From positions 1-64,000 of the forward strand of contig JBBQFN010000011.1 in NCBI GenBank assembly GCA_038321985.1: a DNA stretch of 64,000 nt, in the 5' to 3' direction. Of the stretch, positions 1 to 10,346 are shown piece by piece (the stretch's first letter is position 1; each line of letters begins with the position of its first letter). Source of the stretch: Cyanophyceae cyanobacterium (GTDB lineage Bacteria > Cyanobacteriota > Cyanobacteriia > Cyanobacteriales > Laspinemataceae). A program made the position numbers and the translations under genes. The notes beneath the pieces were generated by a model, which searched no databases, was not told the DNA's origin, and saw only the letters and a program-made list of their open reading frames with translations.

Positions 1-140
1 TAGTATTTTGGGGATTTATGAGACTCGTTTTGGTCACTTTTAGAGCTAGAAGCCTTGACTTGTAAGGCTTTCAGTTCCTGGGCTGGGGAGCGAGTACAAA
101 ACTAATTAGAAAAACTTATCACCAAAAAGTCTGAAGAGCC
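1..140 (-). mobile_element. Probable insertion-sequence end (partial, runs off the left edge); family uncertain
   Basis: The minus strand begins GGCTCTTCAGACTTTTTG exactly where the adjacent gene loses its expected sequence. It contains an internal inverted repeat (AGCCTT...AAGGCT, about 51-69). It resembles cyanobacterial IS ends from memory, but no transposase is visible in the window. Confidence 0.4.
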
Positions 141-296
141 AATTAAATGTTGATTTTTGAGGTTATTTTGGGGTAAATCATCAATATCTTTGGCTTCAGT
201 TTGAAAGCCGGGGAAATCAAAATACAGAAGGGGAGAAGAAAACCAATCTCCAATATTAATTGAATGCCTGACATGATAGTTTGTAATACGAGACAT
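102..296 (-). pseudogene. 5' fragment of a polysaccharide pyruvyl-transferase-like gene, truncated near 141
   Basis: The N-terminus NIGDWFSSPLLYFDFP matches the NxGD start of this family. The frame reaches ...NQHLI, where a GGG motif is expected, then reads into unrelated sequence and stops. It is co-oriented with the upstream GT4 gene. Confidence 0.5.
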
Positions 297-343
297 TGAA
301 TTAATTACTCCTTTAGACTCAACACTGAATCCTTGATCAAGAT

Positions 344-1501
344 TTATTTCTGGAAATATTCCGCTACCACCGCTTGAATTTCTGCAATAAACTTCTCAGT
401 AGAAAACAAAGATTGCTGTTTTTTCAGGGATTCCCGTAGAGCAAGATGGCGATCGGGTTGCTGGAGAACTTGAACAATGGTCTCCACTGCATCCTGGGGC
501 CCATCAAATAATAAATTATTATGGTGAGCGCCGACAATTTCCACTTGTCCCCCTTTTTTTCGGACAAAAGGAATCATCCCCGCCTTCACCATTTCTGCTA
601 CAGAGATTCCAAAAGGCTCAGGCTTAGAGTGGATACCGTAGCGACAGCGAGCCAGTACCTGGAGATAATCTTTGTAGGGTAGATCTTGGTAGATTTGAAT
701 CCAGTCTGAATTTTGTTCGGCTAGGCGCTGAATTTTCTGTTCGTAGGATTTTTTATAAGTACCCCCACCCCCCCCGGTGATATGTAATTTCACATCAAAG
801 CCGCGATCGCGCACTCCCTGCAAAATTTTAATGACTCGATCGGTTTGCTTAGGAGGTACAATTCTCCCGCTACAGAGAAATGCATCCTCTTTTTCTTCCC
901 AGGGAAGTATTTCTATTTCCGTGATCACAGGTGGATAGATAACCCGGCAATCAATTCCATAAGCTGATTTAATCTGCTCAGCGGTATAGTAGGAGTTTGC
1001 TAAGGACTGATTCTGTTTAATTTGATCCATAGAAAATCCAGATAGTTTCATCATCAAACGATTCCATCCTTTATTTTCTTTGGGTTCCGGGTCCACGACA
1101 TGAACCCAGTGCAGATATTGTAGTCCGGTTCGCCCCAGATCCACCGCATTATAAGTTGATAAAACTAAATCATAAGCAAAATTTAGGGCTTTGAAAGCTC
1201 GAATTGACCAATGAATTAAGGCAAATCGAATTTTTGGACTATTAGCTATTAATCCATTGAGGCGCAGGGTATCTAAGGACTTCGGCAACATTGGATAAAT
1301 CGTTAGATTTTGGTTGGCTAAGTTAGTATTATAGAGGAGGTCTAACTGCTGTAAATCTATAGAATTCAAGGTAAATAGAGTAACGTTATAGTGAGGAACT
1401 AAAGCCTCGATAATCCAGAGACTGACTGATTCAGCCCCCCCTCCCATAAAATAGGGGTGCCAGATAGCGACAGTTTTTAAATTTTTCCGGGAATAATTCA
1501 T
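344..1501 (-). CDS. Glycosyltransferase family 4 (GT-B fold)
   Basis: N-terminal GGGAE motif, GRIxPxK, and EPFGISVAE (E-x7-E) motif. Confidence 0.9.
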   Translation of the reverse strand: MNYSRKNLKTVAIWHPYFMGGGAESVSLWIIEALVPHYNVTLFTLNSIDLQQLDLLYNTNLANQNLTIYPMLPKSLDTLRLNGLIANSPKIRFALIHWSIRAFKALNFAYDLVLSTYNAVDLGRTGLQYLHWVHVVDPEPKENKGWNRLMMKLSGFSMDQIKQNQSLANSYYTAEQIKSAYGIDCRVIYPPVITEIEILPWEEKEDAFLCSGRIVPPKQTDRVIKILQGVRDRGFDVKLHITGGGGGTYKKSYEQKIQRLAEQNSDWIQIYQDLPYKDYLQVLARCRYGIHSKPEPFGISVAEMVKAGMIPFVRKKGGQVEIVGAHHNNLLFDGPQDAVETIVQVLQQPDRHLALRESLKKQQSLFSTEKFIAEIQAVVAEYFQK

Positions 1502-2193
1502 CAGGAAGCTCCGAGGGACTTTGAAATTTAAGGGACCAACTGTCGGGTCAACCGCCGAATATTCTGCTAAATAGTCTTGCGGTAAGCTGATAAAAATAAC
1601 GGGCTTATCCCGTGAGAAGAGTCAATAATTACCGGGGACTTCATTTAAGAGAAGTTATCAGAGAACTTCTCTTAATTTTTATCAGTTTTATTTCCGTTTT
1701 ATTCCGTCCTGGAATCCCTTGGACAAGATACTGGAGCCTAGAGAGTAATTTAAGGGAATTAGTTATACGAAGAGTAATTGTTTTTAGGGGTTGATACTGT
1801 CGTTTCCAGAGGGCGATCGCTCTTGTTTTTAAAATAAACATGAAAGAGTAAAGAGATAGGGGACAATAAACAGACGGGGCTGGAATGGAACAGTATCTTG
1901 CTGATTTTACTATGATAACGGGTGATGTTCTTTCCCTAGACTGCACTTGATCCGATTGAACCTGACTGGATCGACACCCAGCGAACTCCAGCCGGTCAGC
2001 CTCCTCTCTAAATTTTAGTGTAAACTAGGCTCAGGGAAAATAGACTGAATCGACTAAGCGCAAAAAAATCAATGCGCTCTCCCTTCACGATCTAACCAGG
2101 GTGCTTCTACCCCAGTAGTCACAGAGCCTTTTATGGTTCCCACAATTCCCATGAGGAAGCTAACCCAACTAGCTCAGTAACAGGAAAAACTCA

Positions 2194-4206
2194 ATGTCAC
2201 CCACTCAATTTCTCCTCAATTATGCTAAACAACGTCCCTTTTGGATTGCTTTGACTATTTTTTTAGGGTGGTGCGGAGCTTTATTCAATGGAGTGAGCAT
2301 GACCCTAATCGTTCCTGTAATTTTAGCCTTTTTGGGGCAAGAAGTAGAGTTTCAACAAGGGCCTCCGATTGTTAACCAAGCCCTGGGTCTTTTGGATCAG
2401 GTGAATCCCGAGTATCAGCTTTGGTTGATGATGGGAGTTATTTTGTTGCTAATTTTATTGAAAAATGCAGCCTTGGTATCCAATCAACTGGCTTCGGCTC
2501 ATTTATCCCGTTTGCTGGTCAAAGATATTCGCTTGAATGCTATCGAGTTACTGCTGGATATAGACATTGATTATTATTCAAAAACTAAACTAGGGGATAT
2601 AATTAATTATGTTAACCAAGAGGTGAATCGCTGTGCTAGCTCGATTCGGATTGGGATTCGCACCTTGACCAATGCTATGACTATTTTAATATTTGTGGGG
2701 ATTTTAATTTTAATTTCATGGAAACTCACGCTTATCTCCAGTCTTCTTTTTCTGATAGTTCCGATAATTTCACAATTTATCATTCGTCGCTCCAAGGAAT
2801 GTGGTCGGCTGCTTTCAGAAAAATCTCGGGCTTATACGAGCGCCTTAATTGAAGTTTTAAATGGGATTCGGTTAGTCAAATCTACGGGACAAGAAAAACC
2901 GGAGTATAAGAAAATTTGGGCTTTGATTGAGGACCGAGAACAAGCCGAAATGAAATCTCAAATTAACTCTTCCATCATCGGTCCCATGAATGAGATGAGT
3001 GGTTTAGCGGTGATATTAGCCATTATTTTTGTGGGACGGTTAATATTTGTCAATCAGCTAGAGTCTCTCTCTACTGTTTTGTTGACCTATTTATTTGTTT
3101 TATCCAGAGTCGTTCCCATGCTGGGGCAATTAAATAATAGCCGGAGTGAATTTGCTAATGTAATTCCTAGCACGATAATTGTTAGTGATTTTTTGCGCCG
3201 AGATGATAAACCGCTCATGAAGAACGGGAGCGAACCCTATAAACAATTGAATGAGGGGATTCACTTCGATCGCCTATCTTTTTCCTATCCGGGACATAAA
3301 GAGGTTGTGTTAAAAAACATTGATTTATGGTTGCCGAAGGGGACAACCTTGGCCTTAGTTGGGGGCTCCGGGGCCGGAAAATCGACCTTAGCGGATTTAC
3401 TCCCGAGATTTTATGACCCGACGGAGGGTCGGATTGCTATTGATGGCAAAAATTTACGAGATTTTGATTTGCGATCGCTGCGGCAATCAATGGGAATCGT
3501 GAGTCAGGATACATTTTTATTTAATGACTCGGTGCGAAATAATATCGCTTATGGTCGTGATCATGCCACGGATGAGGAGGTGATAGAAGCGGCAAAACTG
3601 GCGAATGCTTATGAATTTATTATGAATCTTCCCCAAGGATTTGAGACTCCCCTGGGCGATCGCGGGATCCTGCTGTCTGGGGGACAACGACAACGGATTG
3701 CGATCGCCCGTGCCTTACTCCACAACCCGGATATCTTAATCCTAGATGAAGCAACCAGCGCCCTCGATACCGTTTCCGAACATCTGGTTCAACAGGCACT
3801 CGAACGCCTGAGTCGCGATCGCACGACCCTGGTGATTGCTCACCGTTTATCCACAGTCAAAAATGCTGATAAAATTGCCGTTTTAGAAAAAGGCGAAGTT
3901 GTCGAAACTGGAACCCATGAGCAACTCTTGAGCAAAGGGGGATACTATTCCAAACTATACGCCATGCAATTCTCCCAAGATACCCAAGACATGGTTAAAA
4001 AAGCTCGGAACGAAACCCTAATGAACACCTCCTACGAGATTCGGACTCGCCTCAATCCCATGATTGGATTTTTACGATTAATTGTGGATGATGTCGTAGA
4101 TTCTCCCCAAGAGCGCCGTGAATTAACCCAGGAATCTTACCAATCGGCTATTCGATTGCTTAACACTTTAGAATATATGGAGAAGCGCTCTAAAATAGAA
4201 ATTTAA
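2194..4206 (+). CDS. ABC exporter, fused permease and ATPase (HepA/MsbA-like), with a C-terminal HisKA-like extension
   Basis: N-terminal TM helices, Walker A GGSGAGKST, signature LSGGQRQ, Walker B LILDEATSALD, H-loop IAHRLST, and an extra tail SYEIRTRLNPMIG. Confidence 0.9.
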   Translation: MSPTQFLLNYAKQRPFWIALTIFLGWCGALFNGVSMTLIVPVILAFLGQEVEFQQGPPIVNQALGLLDQVNPEYQLWLMMGVILLLILLKNAALVSNQLASAHLSRLLVKDIRLNAIELLLDIDIDYYSKTKLGDIINYVNQEVNRCASSIRIGIRTLTNAMTILIFVGILILISWKLTLISSLLFLIVPIISQFIIRRSKECGRLLSEKSRAYTSALIEVLNGIRLVKSTGQEKPEYKKIWALIEDREQAEMKSQINSSIIGPMNEMSGLAVILAIIFVGRLIFVNQLESLSTVLLTYLFVLSRVVPMLGQLNNSRSEFANVIPSTIIVSDFLRRDDKPLMKNGSEPYKQLNEGIHFDRLSFSYPGHKEVVLKNIDLWLPKGTTLALVGGSGAGKSTLADLLPRFYDPTEGRIAIDGKNLRDFDLRSLRQSMGIVSQDTFLFNDSVRNNIAYGRDHATDEEVIEAAKLANAYEFIMNLPQGFETPLGDRGILLSGGQRQRIAIARALLHNPDILILDEATSALDTVSEHLVQQALERLSRDRTTLVIAHRLSTVKNADKIAVLEKGEVVETGTHEQLLSKGGYYSKLYAMQFSQDTQDMVKKARNETLMNTSYEIRTRLNPMIGFLRLIVDDVVDSPQERRELTQESYQSAIRLLNTLEYMEKRSKIEI

Positions 4207-4347
4207 AACCCTTGCACTCCTAAAGATTTTTAGGGAGGAAATGTCACGGTCTTAACTCTGCATCCACCCCGGCTCCCAAAAACTAGATCCGAGGGGATGA
4301 ACCTACTTTCCCCCAACGATTTTTTTAGGAAAAATCATTCGTTTTGG

Positions 4348-5499
4348 CTAGGATTTAAATGAGGAATTTGGAGATTGACGTAACGCCTCAATAATCTTTA
4401 TATTAGCTTTAGGAAAGGGAAACTCGTCGATTTCATCCAATCTCACCCAGCGCACTTCATCAGATTCCAACGGTTGCGGTTCTCCAGCAAGGTGACGGCA
4501 ATGATGAACCGTTAAGGTGACGCGAAAATGAGTATAAGCGTGTTCTAGGACGAGCAGTTGTGCTCCCACTTCCACCTCGATCGCCAACTCCTCGCGAATT
4601 TCTCGATGGATACAATCGAACACCGTTTCTCCCTCCTCAATTTTGCCTCCCGGGAATTCCCACAACCCGCCTAGGAGTCCTTCTGGACGCCGCCGATCAA
4701 TTAAAATCTCGCCCTTGTCATTCCAAATGACGGCAACACCGATTTGTTTATGAGGGAGAGGATTAGAGGTTTCGCGCATAGGTAAATCAGCCTGCATTTG
4801 TAATTGATAAGCCTGACATTGAGAGGTCCAAGGACAGCGACTGCACTGGGGAGCCTTCGGGGTACAGAGGGTCGCCCCTAAATCCATCAAAGCCTGATTA
4901 AAATCCCGGGGATTTTCTGGATCCAGCAGGGTTTCTGAAAACTGCCATAACAGCTTCATGGCCTTTGCCGGTGGCACCTGCAACCCTATGAGTCTAGCGA
5001 AAATGCGCTTCACATTACCATCCAAAATGGGCAGGGGTAAATTGAATGCTGCACTGAGGATACCCCCAGCGGTAGTCCGGCCAATTCCTGGTAACGACAA
5101 GGCTGCTTCCAGGGTGGTAGGAAAGCTGCCGCCATAGTTTTCAACGATCGCCCCGGCACAGGCGTGTAAATTGCGCGCACGGGCATAATATCCCAAGCCT
5201 TCCCAGAGTTTAAGCACATCCTGTTGGCTGGACTGTGCCAGAATTTCTAAAGTTGGAAACCGCTCCAACCAGCGATGATAGTAAGGGATAACGGTTTTAA
5301 CTTGGGTTTGTTGTAACATAATTTCCGAGATCCAAATCGAATAGGGGTCTCGTTTCTGACGCCAAGGTAAATTTCGACCGGCTTGGATATACCAACTCAA
5401 AAGAGATTCTCGCAGGTCTAAAATAGCAAAATTCGGCAAACTCTGGGGTGAGCCTGCCGATGTCCCTTGGACATTGTTGTTCTGATTTAGTATTTTCAC
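4348..5499 (-). CDS. mutY: A/G-specific adenine glycosylase with C-terminal Nudix domain
   Basis: WISEIMLQQTQV, GLGYYARARNL, HhH LPGIGRTTA, Fe-S motif CTPKAPQCSRCPWTSQC, Nudix-like GGKIEEGE...REIREEL. The true start may be slightly downstream. Confidence 0.93.
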   Translation of the reverse strand: MKILNQNNNVQGTSAGSPQSLPNFAILDLRESLLSWYIQAGRNLPWRQKRDPYSIWISEIMLQQTQVKTVIPYYHRWLERFPTLEILAQSSQQDVLKLWEGLGYYARARNLHACAGAIVENYGGSFPTTLEAALSLPGIGRTTAGGILSAAFNLPLPILDGNVKRIFARLIGLQVPPAKAMKLLWQFSETLLDPENPRDFNQALMDLGATLCTPKAPQCSRCPWTSQCQAYQLQMQADLPMRETSNPLPHKQIGVAVIWNDKGEILIDRRRPEGLLGGLWEFPGGKIEEGETVFDCIHREIREELAIEVEVGAQLLVLEHAYTHFRVTLTVHHCRHLAGEPQPLESDEVRWVRLDEIDEFPFPKANIKIIEALRQSPNSSFKS

Positions 5500-5525
5500 C
5501 TCAACCCTATGACTCCATGAGCGAC

Positions 5526-5867
5526 TTATTCATGAAGTTTAGGATGAGATTCAGTGAAATGTAAGGATTTTTCAAAAGCCATGCGTTGCTCCGCATTGCG
5601 CAGAAAATAACCACTAATCATTGCCGAAGCCAGAATCCGCCCTAGATGTTCGCGGTTGGTGGTAATCGTGACGCCAAAGTGTTCCGGGGGCAGATTTCCT
5701 AACAAGCCGAGGATATTGCGTTCCATGACTTGAAAGACATCGGATGAGCTGGGTCTAGAGAGTTGAGAAACTGCTTCTGGAGTTAAGGATTCCAAGTAAT
5801 CCCACAGTAAATTATTTTCTCCCTCTTCTGCTATGAATTCTGCTGCACTATCAAATTCAGGGTTCAT
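5526..5867 (-). CDS. DUF760-family conserved cyanobacterial protein
   Basis: NNLLWDYLESL...LLGNLP..F.VTITTNREHLGRILASAMISGYFLRNAEQRM pattern. Confidence 0.8.
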   Translation of the reverse strand: MNPEFDSAAEFIAEEGENNLLWDYLESLTPEAVSQLSRPSSSDVFQVMERNILGLLGNLPPEHFGVTITTNREHLGRILASAMISGYFLRNAEQRMAFEKSLHFTESHPKLHE

Positions 5868-6208
5868 GTTGTTATCTCCTAGGGTTTGATGAGTTTTTAG
5901 TTATCTGTTTAAAAGTTTAAGCTGGGGGATCTGGGGATTACGGTAGTCCTATCCAGACTGAATCCCGGGCATGGATTTATTACAAGTTTCAATGTTCCCC
6001 TAATTTATCCTCTGTGCTTTAGAGTTGCCCTCTATCTAAAGGGGTTAATCACCCTCCCTAAAAAGGGATAGTTTTCTAGGACGCGAGCTGATGTACCCGG
6101 AGATTTAACTCGGGTAACTAAAAAATTTTTAAGCTATTATTTAGGGAATTTATTGATCAACAAAATGGGAGTTAGAGAGAGTACGGGAGCGATCGCACAT
6201 TTCTAGAG

Positions 6209-8086
6209 TTAACCAGGCGAGCGCCAAATTTTGATAGTTTGGTCATGACTGACGCTGACGAGAATCTCACCACCCAGGGCGATCGCCACATCATTAACAG
6301 CACTGCGATGACCGATCAAGGTGGAGCGTAATTCTCCCGTTTGTAAGTTCCAAACCTTAACGGTTTTATCCCGAGAACTGCTGACAAACTGTTTACCATC
6401 AGGGGCGATCGCCACAGACCAAATCGTTCCCCTATGGCCGGTAAGGGTGTAATTTACCGTTTGAGTCTCTAAATCCCAAACGGCGATCGTCTTCTTGACA
6501 TCCCCACTCACTACCGTTTTACCATCGGGACTCAGGGCAAGGCAAGTCACCGATCCACGATGTCCCGTGAAGGTAGAGAGGCATTCTCCTGTCGTTAGCG
6601 CCCAGATTTTAAGGGTTTTATCCCCACTGCCTGTGACGAGTGTTTTGCCATCGGGAGTGATGGCAACGGAAGTGACAGCGTAGGTGTGACCCTTAAGGGT
6701 GTGGATTAATTCGCCACTCCTGAGAGACCATACTTTAATTGTTTTATCGGAACTGCCAGAAATGACCAGTTCGCCATCGGGAGAAAGGGCCACTGCGGCG
6801 ACCCAACTAGAGTGACCCCCGAGGGTATGAATTAATTGTCCAGTGGGGAGGTTCCAGATTTTAATCTCCTGATCTGAACTGCCGGATGCCAGGGTTTTAC
6901 CATCAGTGGAAACTGCCACGGACCACACAGCCTCTTGATGACCCATGAGGGTCCGCAATAATTGCCCCGTCGCGACATTCCAGACTTTCAGGGTTTTATC
7001 CCAACTGCCGGTAACGAGGATATGACCTCCGGGAGAAAGGGCCACAGACCAGACTCCATCTAGATGTCCAACCAAGGTGCGATCGAGGACAAAATCAGAA
7101 CCCGTGGGGTTCAGGCAGGATGACTGAGTGGGTAAGGAAATTTCCCCGGATTGTGGGACCGGAGGGCATACCAACAGAGTGTTTTCAAACCCTGCAAGTT
7201 CGGATAAAATTTCTGCGGTATTGCGGGGACGCTGGGAGGGGAAGGGAGCCATCAGGCGATCGAGGAATTCGGCAAACCCATTTGAAATCCCCCGCGCACT
7301 GCCACGCCAGCGAAATTGATCCGTATAGGGTTCATAAAAAGTCAGAGGATGCTTGCCGGTTAACAAATAGACAAAGGTTCGACCCAAGGCAAAAAAGTCA
7401 GATTGCTCCACCGTATGCCCTTTTTCCTGTTCCGGGGGTGCGTATCCTCGGGAAATAATCACGGTTCCTGCTTGGGTGCCGTTGGGGGAGGTCATTTCCC
7501 AAGGGGTGACCTCTCGAACCGTCCCAAAATCAATTAAAGCCAGATTACCATCGGGTTGATGCATGATATTACTCGGCTTAATATCCCGATGGAAAAATTG
7601 GTGATGATGGACTTCGGCTAACAGGGTGACCAATTGTTTAAGCCATTCGATCGCTAAGGATTGGGGGAGGGGAATCCCTTGTTGGTTGAGCCATTCTTCT
7701 AGGTTTACGCCCTCAATTTTTTCCATGACGAGACAATGTAAAGGCGTGTTGTGATCCGGCGGGGCGATCGTAAAATAGGCCGAGGGTTCCATGTAGGGAA
7801 TCCCTCGACGATGGAGTTGACTGAGTACCCGCGCTTCTCGTTCAAAGAGGGAAAGGGCTTTCTTTTGGGCTTTGAGGTTAGTAAATTGGGTCAAGTTGAG
7901 GACTTTTAGGACTTTGGGAATACCGCAGTCATCCACCTGGTAGGTGACGCTAAATCCGCCAGAATTGAGGGCTTTTACGGGTCGATATCGGCGGTCCAGC
8001 AGCAATTGCATCCCACAAGCCAGACAGAAGGGTTTGTGGTCAGGATTATCAGGGGAAGGACAGGTGGGATTAATGCAATAGCTCAT
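6209..8086 (-). CDS. Ser/Thr protein kinase with N-terminal 4-Cys prefix and C-terminal WD40 repeats
   Basis: Start taken at MSYCINP (ATG 8086). HRDIKPSN, DFG and GYAPPEQ motifs; about 7 GH...W repeats. Confidence 0.92.
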   Translation of the reverse strand: MSYCINPTCPSPDNPDHKPFCLACGMQLLLDRRYRPVKALNSGGFSVTYQVDDCGIPKVLKVLNLTQFTNLKAQKKALSLFEREARVLSQLHRRGIPYMEPSAYFTIAPPDHNTPLHCLVMEKIEGVNLEEWLNQQGIPLPQSLAIEWLKQLVTLLAEVHHHQFFHRDIKPSNIMHQPDGNLALIDFGTVREVTPWEMTSPNGTQAGTVIISRGYAPPEQEKGHTVEQSDFFALGRTFVYLLTGKHPLTFYEPYTDQFRWRGSARGISNGFAEFLDRLMAPFPSQRPRNTAEILSELAGFENTLLVCPPVPQSGEISLPTQSSCLNPTGSDFVLDRTLVGHLDGVWSVALSPGGHILVTGSWDKTLKVWNVATGQLLRTLMGHQEAVWSVAVSTDGKTLASGSSDQEIKIWNLPTGQLIHTLGGHSSWVAAVALSPDGELVISGSSDKTIKVWSLRSGELIHTLKGHTYAVTSVAITPDGKTLVTGSGDKTLKIWALTTGECLSTFTGHRGSVTCLALSPDGKTVVSGDVKKTIAVWDLETQTVNYTLTGHRGTIWSVAIAPDGKQFVSSSRDKTVKVWNLQTGELRSTLIGHRSAVNDVAIALGGEILVSVSHDQTIKIWRSPG

Positions 8087-8455
8087 ACACGCTGAGGGGC
8101 TTGATTGAGCGGGGCGGGTCAAGACAAGGCGCGATCGCAAATACAGAAAATCACTATCTGTAGTATAAACGGAATTCCCTACCGTTGTCCCTCGGTGGAA
8201 GTCGCTCTACAGGAGTTTCATCCCTTAGAGAACCCTGCAATAGCGGCGCTAACGGCTTCCCAAGCGGAAGGATCACAGCAGATTTACAGGTTAGGGCTCT
8301 GTGCCGTAGATGCCATTCATGTAATACGCTGCTTAGCTATCGGGTTTAATTTATAGATTGGCCTAAGTCCGAGGTCATCCAAATTTAGCCTAAAAAAAAG
8401 GGGAGCATTGCTCACCCTTATTCCCCAGAACTATTTTAACTGAATGCTAAACCTT

Positions 8456-9550
8456 CTATCCAATCCCTTCAATGACTGGATGGAAGTAAAATGCCAATCC
8501 CAGCACCAAATAAGTTGCTAAGAGTAGCGTCCCTTCCAGCCAATCAGAACGACCATCAGAACTGACAGAATTGGCAATGACTACCGATACCACAACCGCG
8601 ACCAGTTCAAAGGGGTTGAAGTTTAAATCCATCGGTTTATCCAGGATATAACCGGCAATTACTAACACCGGCGCGACAAATAGAGCAATTTGTAAACTCG
8701 ACCCCAGGGCCACGGATACAGACAGGTCCATCTTATTTTTCATGGCTACCGTAACTGCTGTAGCGTGTTCCGCAGCATTGCCAATAATTGGAACTACAAT
8801 TACCCCGGTAAACAGCGCCGTCAATCCTAGCAGAGAAGTGGCTTCTTCTAGGGAAGCAACTAATAGTTCGGATTCTATAGCCACCATCAGGGTGCAGGCT
8901 AATAAAACCCCAGTCCAAAGCCATACATTTGGGGGTTTGCCCGGTTCGCCGTGCTCGCCTTCGATCTCGGCTTCGCCGACTTCACAAAGGTAGGCATGGG
9001 TTTTCATGGAAAACAGCAGGGTTAATCCGTACACGAGGATTAAGACGATCGCCACTCCGGTTGAGAGTTGCTGCATGGTTTTCTCTTCCATGCCAATCGA
9101 GGTAAAATCTACCGCTGTCGGCAATAACATCGCAATCACTGCTAGGGTCATTGCCGAGGCATTCAGCCGCGCCACAATGGGTTGAAATTCTTGTTCTTTG
9201 TAACGCAAACCCCCTAACAACATGGAAAAACCCATCACCAGCAGCAAGTTACTGATAATTGAACCCGTAATGCTGGCTTTGACGACATTAATTAATCCCG
9301 CATTCAGGGCAACCAGGGCAATAATTAATTCCGTGGCGTTACCAAAGGTAGCATTCAGTAATCCCCCTACATTAGGACCGACAACTACCGCAATTTCTTC
9401 GGTGGCAGTTCCCATCCAAGCGGCTAAGGGAATAATTCCCAAACAAGCGGTTAAAAAAATAGTCAATGCTCCCCATTCGAGAAAGTGACCGGCAATGGAA
9501 ATGGGAACAAAGACCAGTAAGCCGATGAAAATAATGTTTTTGATGGACAT
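8456..9550 (-). CDS. cax: Ca2+/H+ antiporter (CAX family)
   Basis: Two alpha-repeats (GLLNATFGNATE and GNAAEH) and about 10-11 TM helices. Confidence 0.92.
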   Translation of the reverse strand: MSIKNIIFIGLLVFVPISIAGHFLEWGALTIFLTACLGIIPLAAWMGTATEEIAVVVGPNVGGLLNATFGNATELIIALVALNAGLINVVKASITGSIISNLLLVMGFSMLLGGLRYKEQEFQPIVARLNASAMTLAVIAMLLPTAVDFTSIGMEEKTMQQLSTGVAIVLILVYGLTLLFSMKTHAYLCEVGEAEIEGEHGEPGKPPNVWLWTGVLLACTLMVAIESELLVASLEEATSLLGLTALFTGVIVVPIIGNAAEHATAVTVAMKNKMDLSVSVALGSSLQIALFVAPVLVIAGYILDKPMDLNFNPFELVAVVVSVVIANSVSSDGRSDWLEGTLLLATYLVLGLAFYFHPVIEGIG

Positions 9551-10346
9551 TAAATTGGTTGGATTTCAGTAAAAAATGAGTGGTAATTGAATCGAGAAGG
9601 TAAAGTTTAGGGTTTCGGATATTCCTGGGCTTCTAGTCTTGCTGGTTAGGTCAAGGTCTATTACGGGAAATGACCGAATCCCCCTAGAATTTGAGTTGGG
9701 TTTACCGGATGCGACACCTAGAGAGTGAACCCCAGAGGCGATACCGAAATTGGCCTAGATTAAAGGACTCTGATCCAGGCAAACCTTGTTCAGAGCAGAC
9801 CCTTCTCTCCGTTTGCTCCTGCCTTGCCTAAGTAATTAGACTAGCAGATTGGAAGTCAGAATTTGTGCACTCATGCCGAAAACTGTTGTAGCACAAAAGC
9901 ATAGGACGTTGGTTTGTTCTGGATGTATTTGAGGAAAAGATACCAAGCCCAGGGAGGTATTGCGTAGCGGATTATAGCATAGACATTTTAATTTGCAAGT
10001 TTCAGAAAATAAAGATTTGTTTTAAAGTATGAAATTAGCCCAGGGATTGCACTATTTGCGATGGGGATCGGTTATAGTGCCGTAAAGAAGTTTCACCGCA
10101 GAAAACGGATAGAACAGCGATCGCGCAAGAGATACCGCTCAAGAAAGTATTTCAATAACACCAAGCGGTATCACGGGTTAGGGTCAGAGCCAGCCGGTTC
10201 GGGCCAAGTTTCTGATGGAAGCAGCGATCGCAATACCACTTCCTTAAAATTGCCTGAACTTAATTCAACAGTACCCGAGCGATCGCCGGCCTACCGATAG
10301 ATTTTATCGATTGATTACTTTGTTTGTTTAGTTGTAGATGTAATAT

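Noticed and set aside
1612..1946. Short ORFs between the GT4 and ABC genes
   Set aside because: AT-rich divergent promoter region; the ORFs overlap on opposite strands, use non-ATG starts and have no motifs.
10061..10300. 79-aa basic ORF upstream of the GH57 gene
   Set aside because: No RBS or family features; likely leader sequence.
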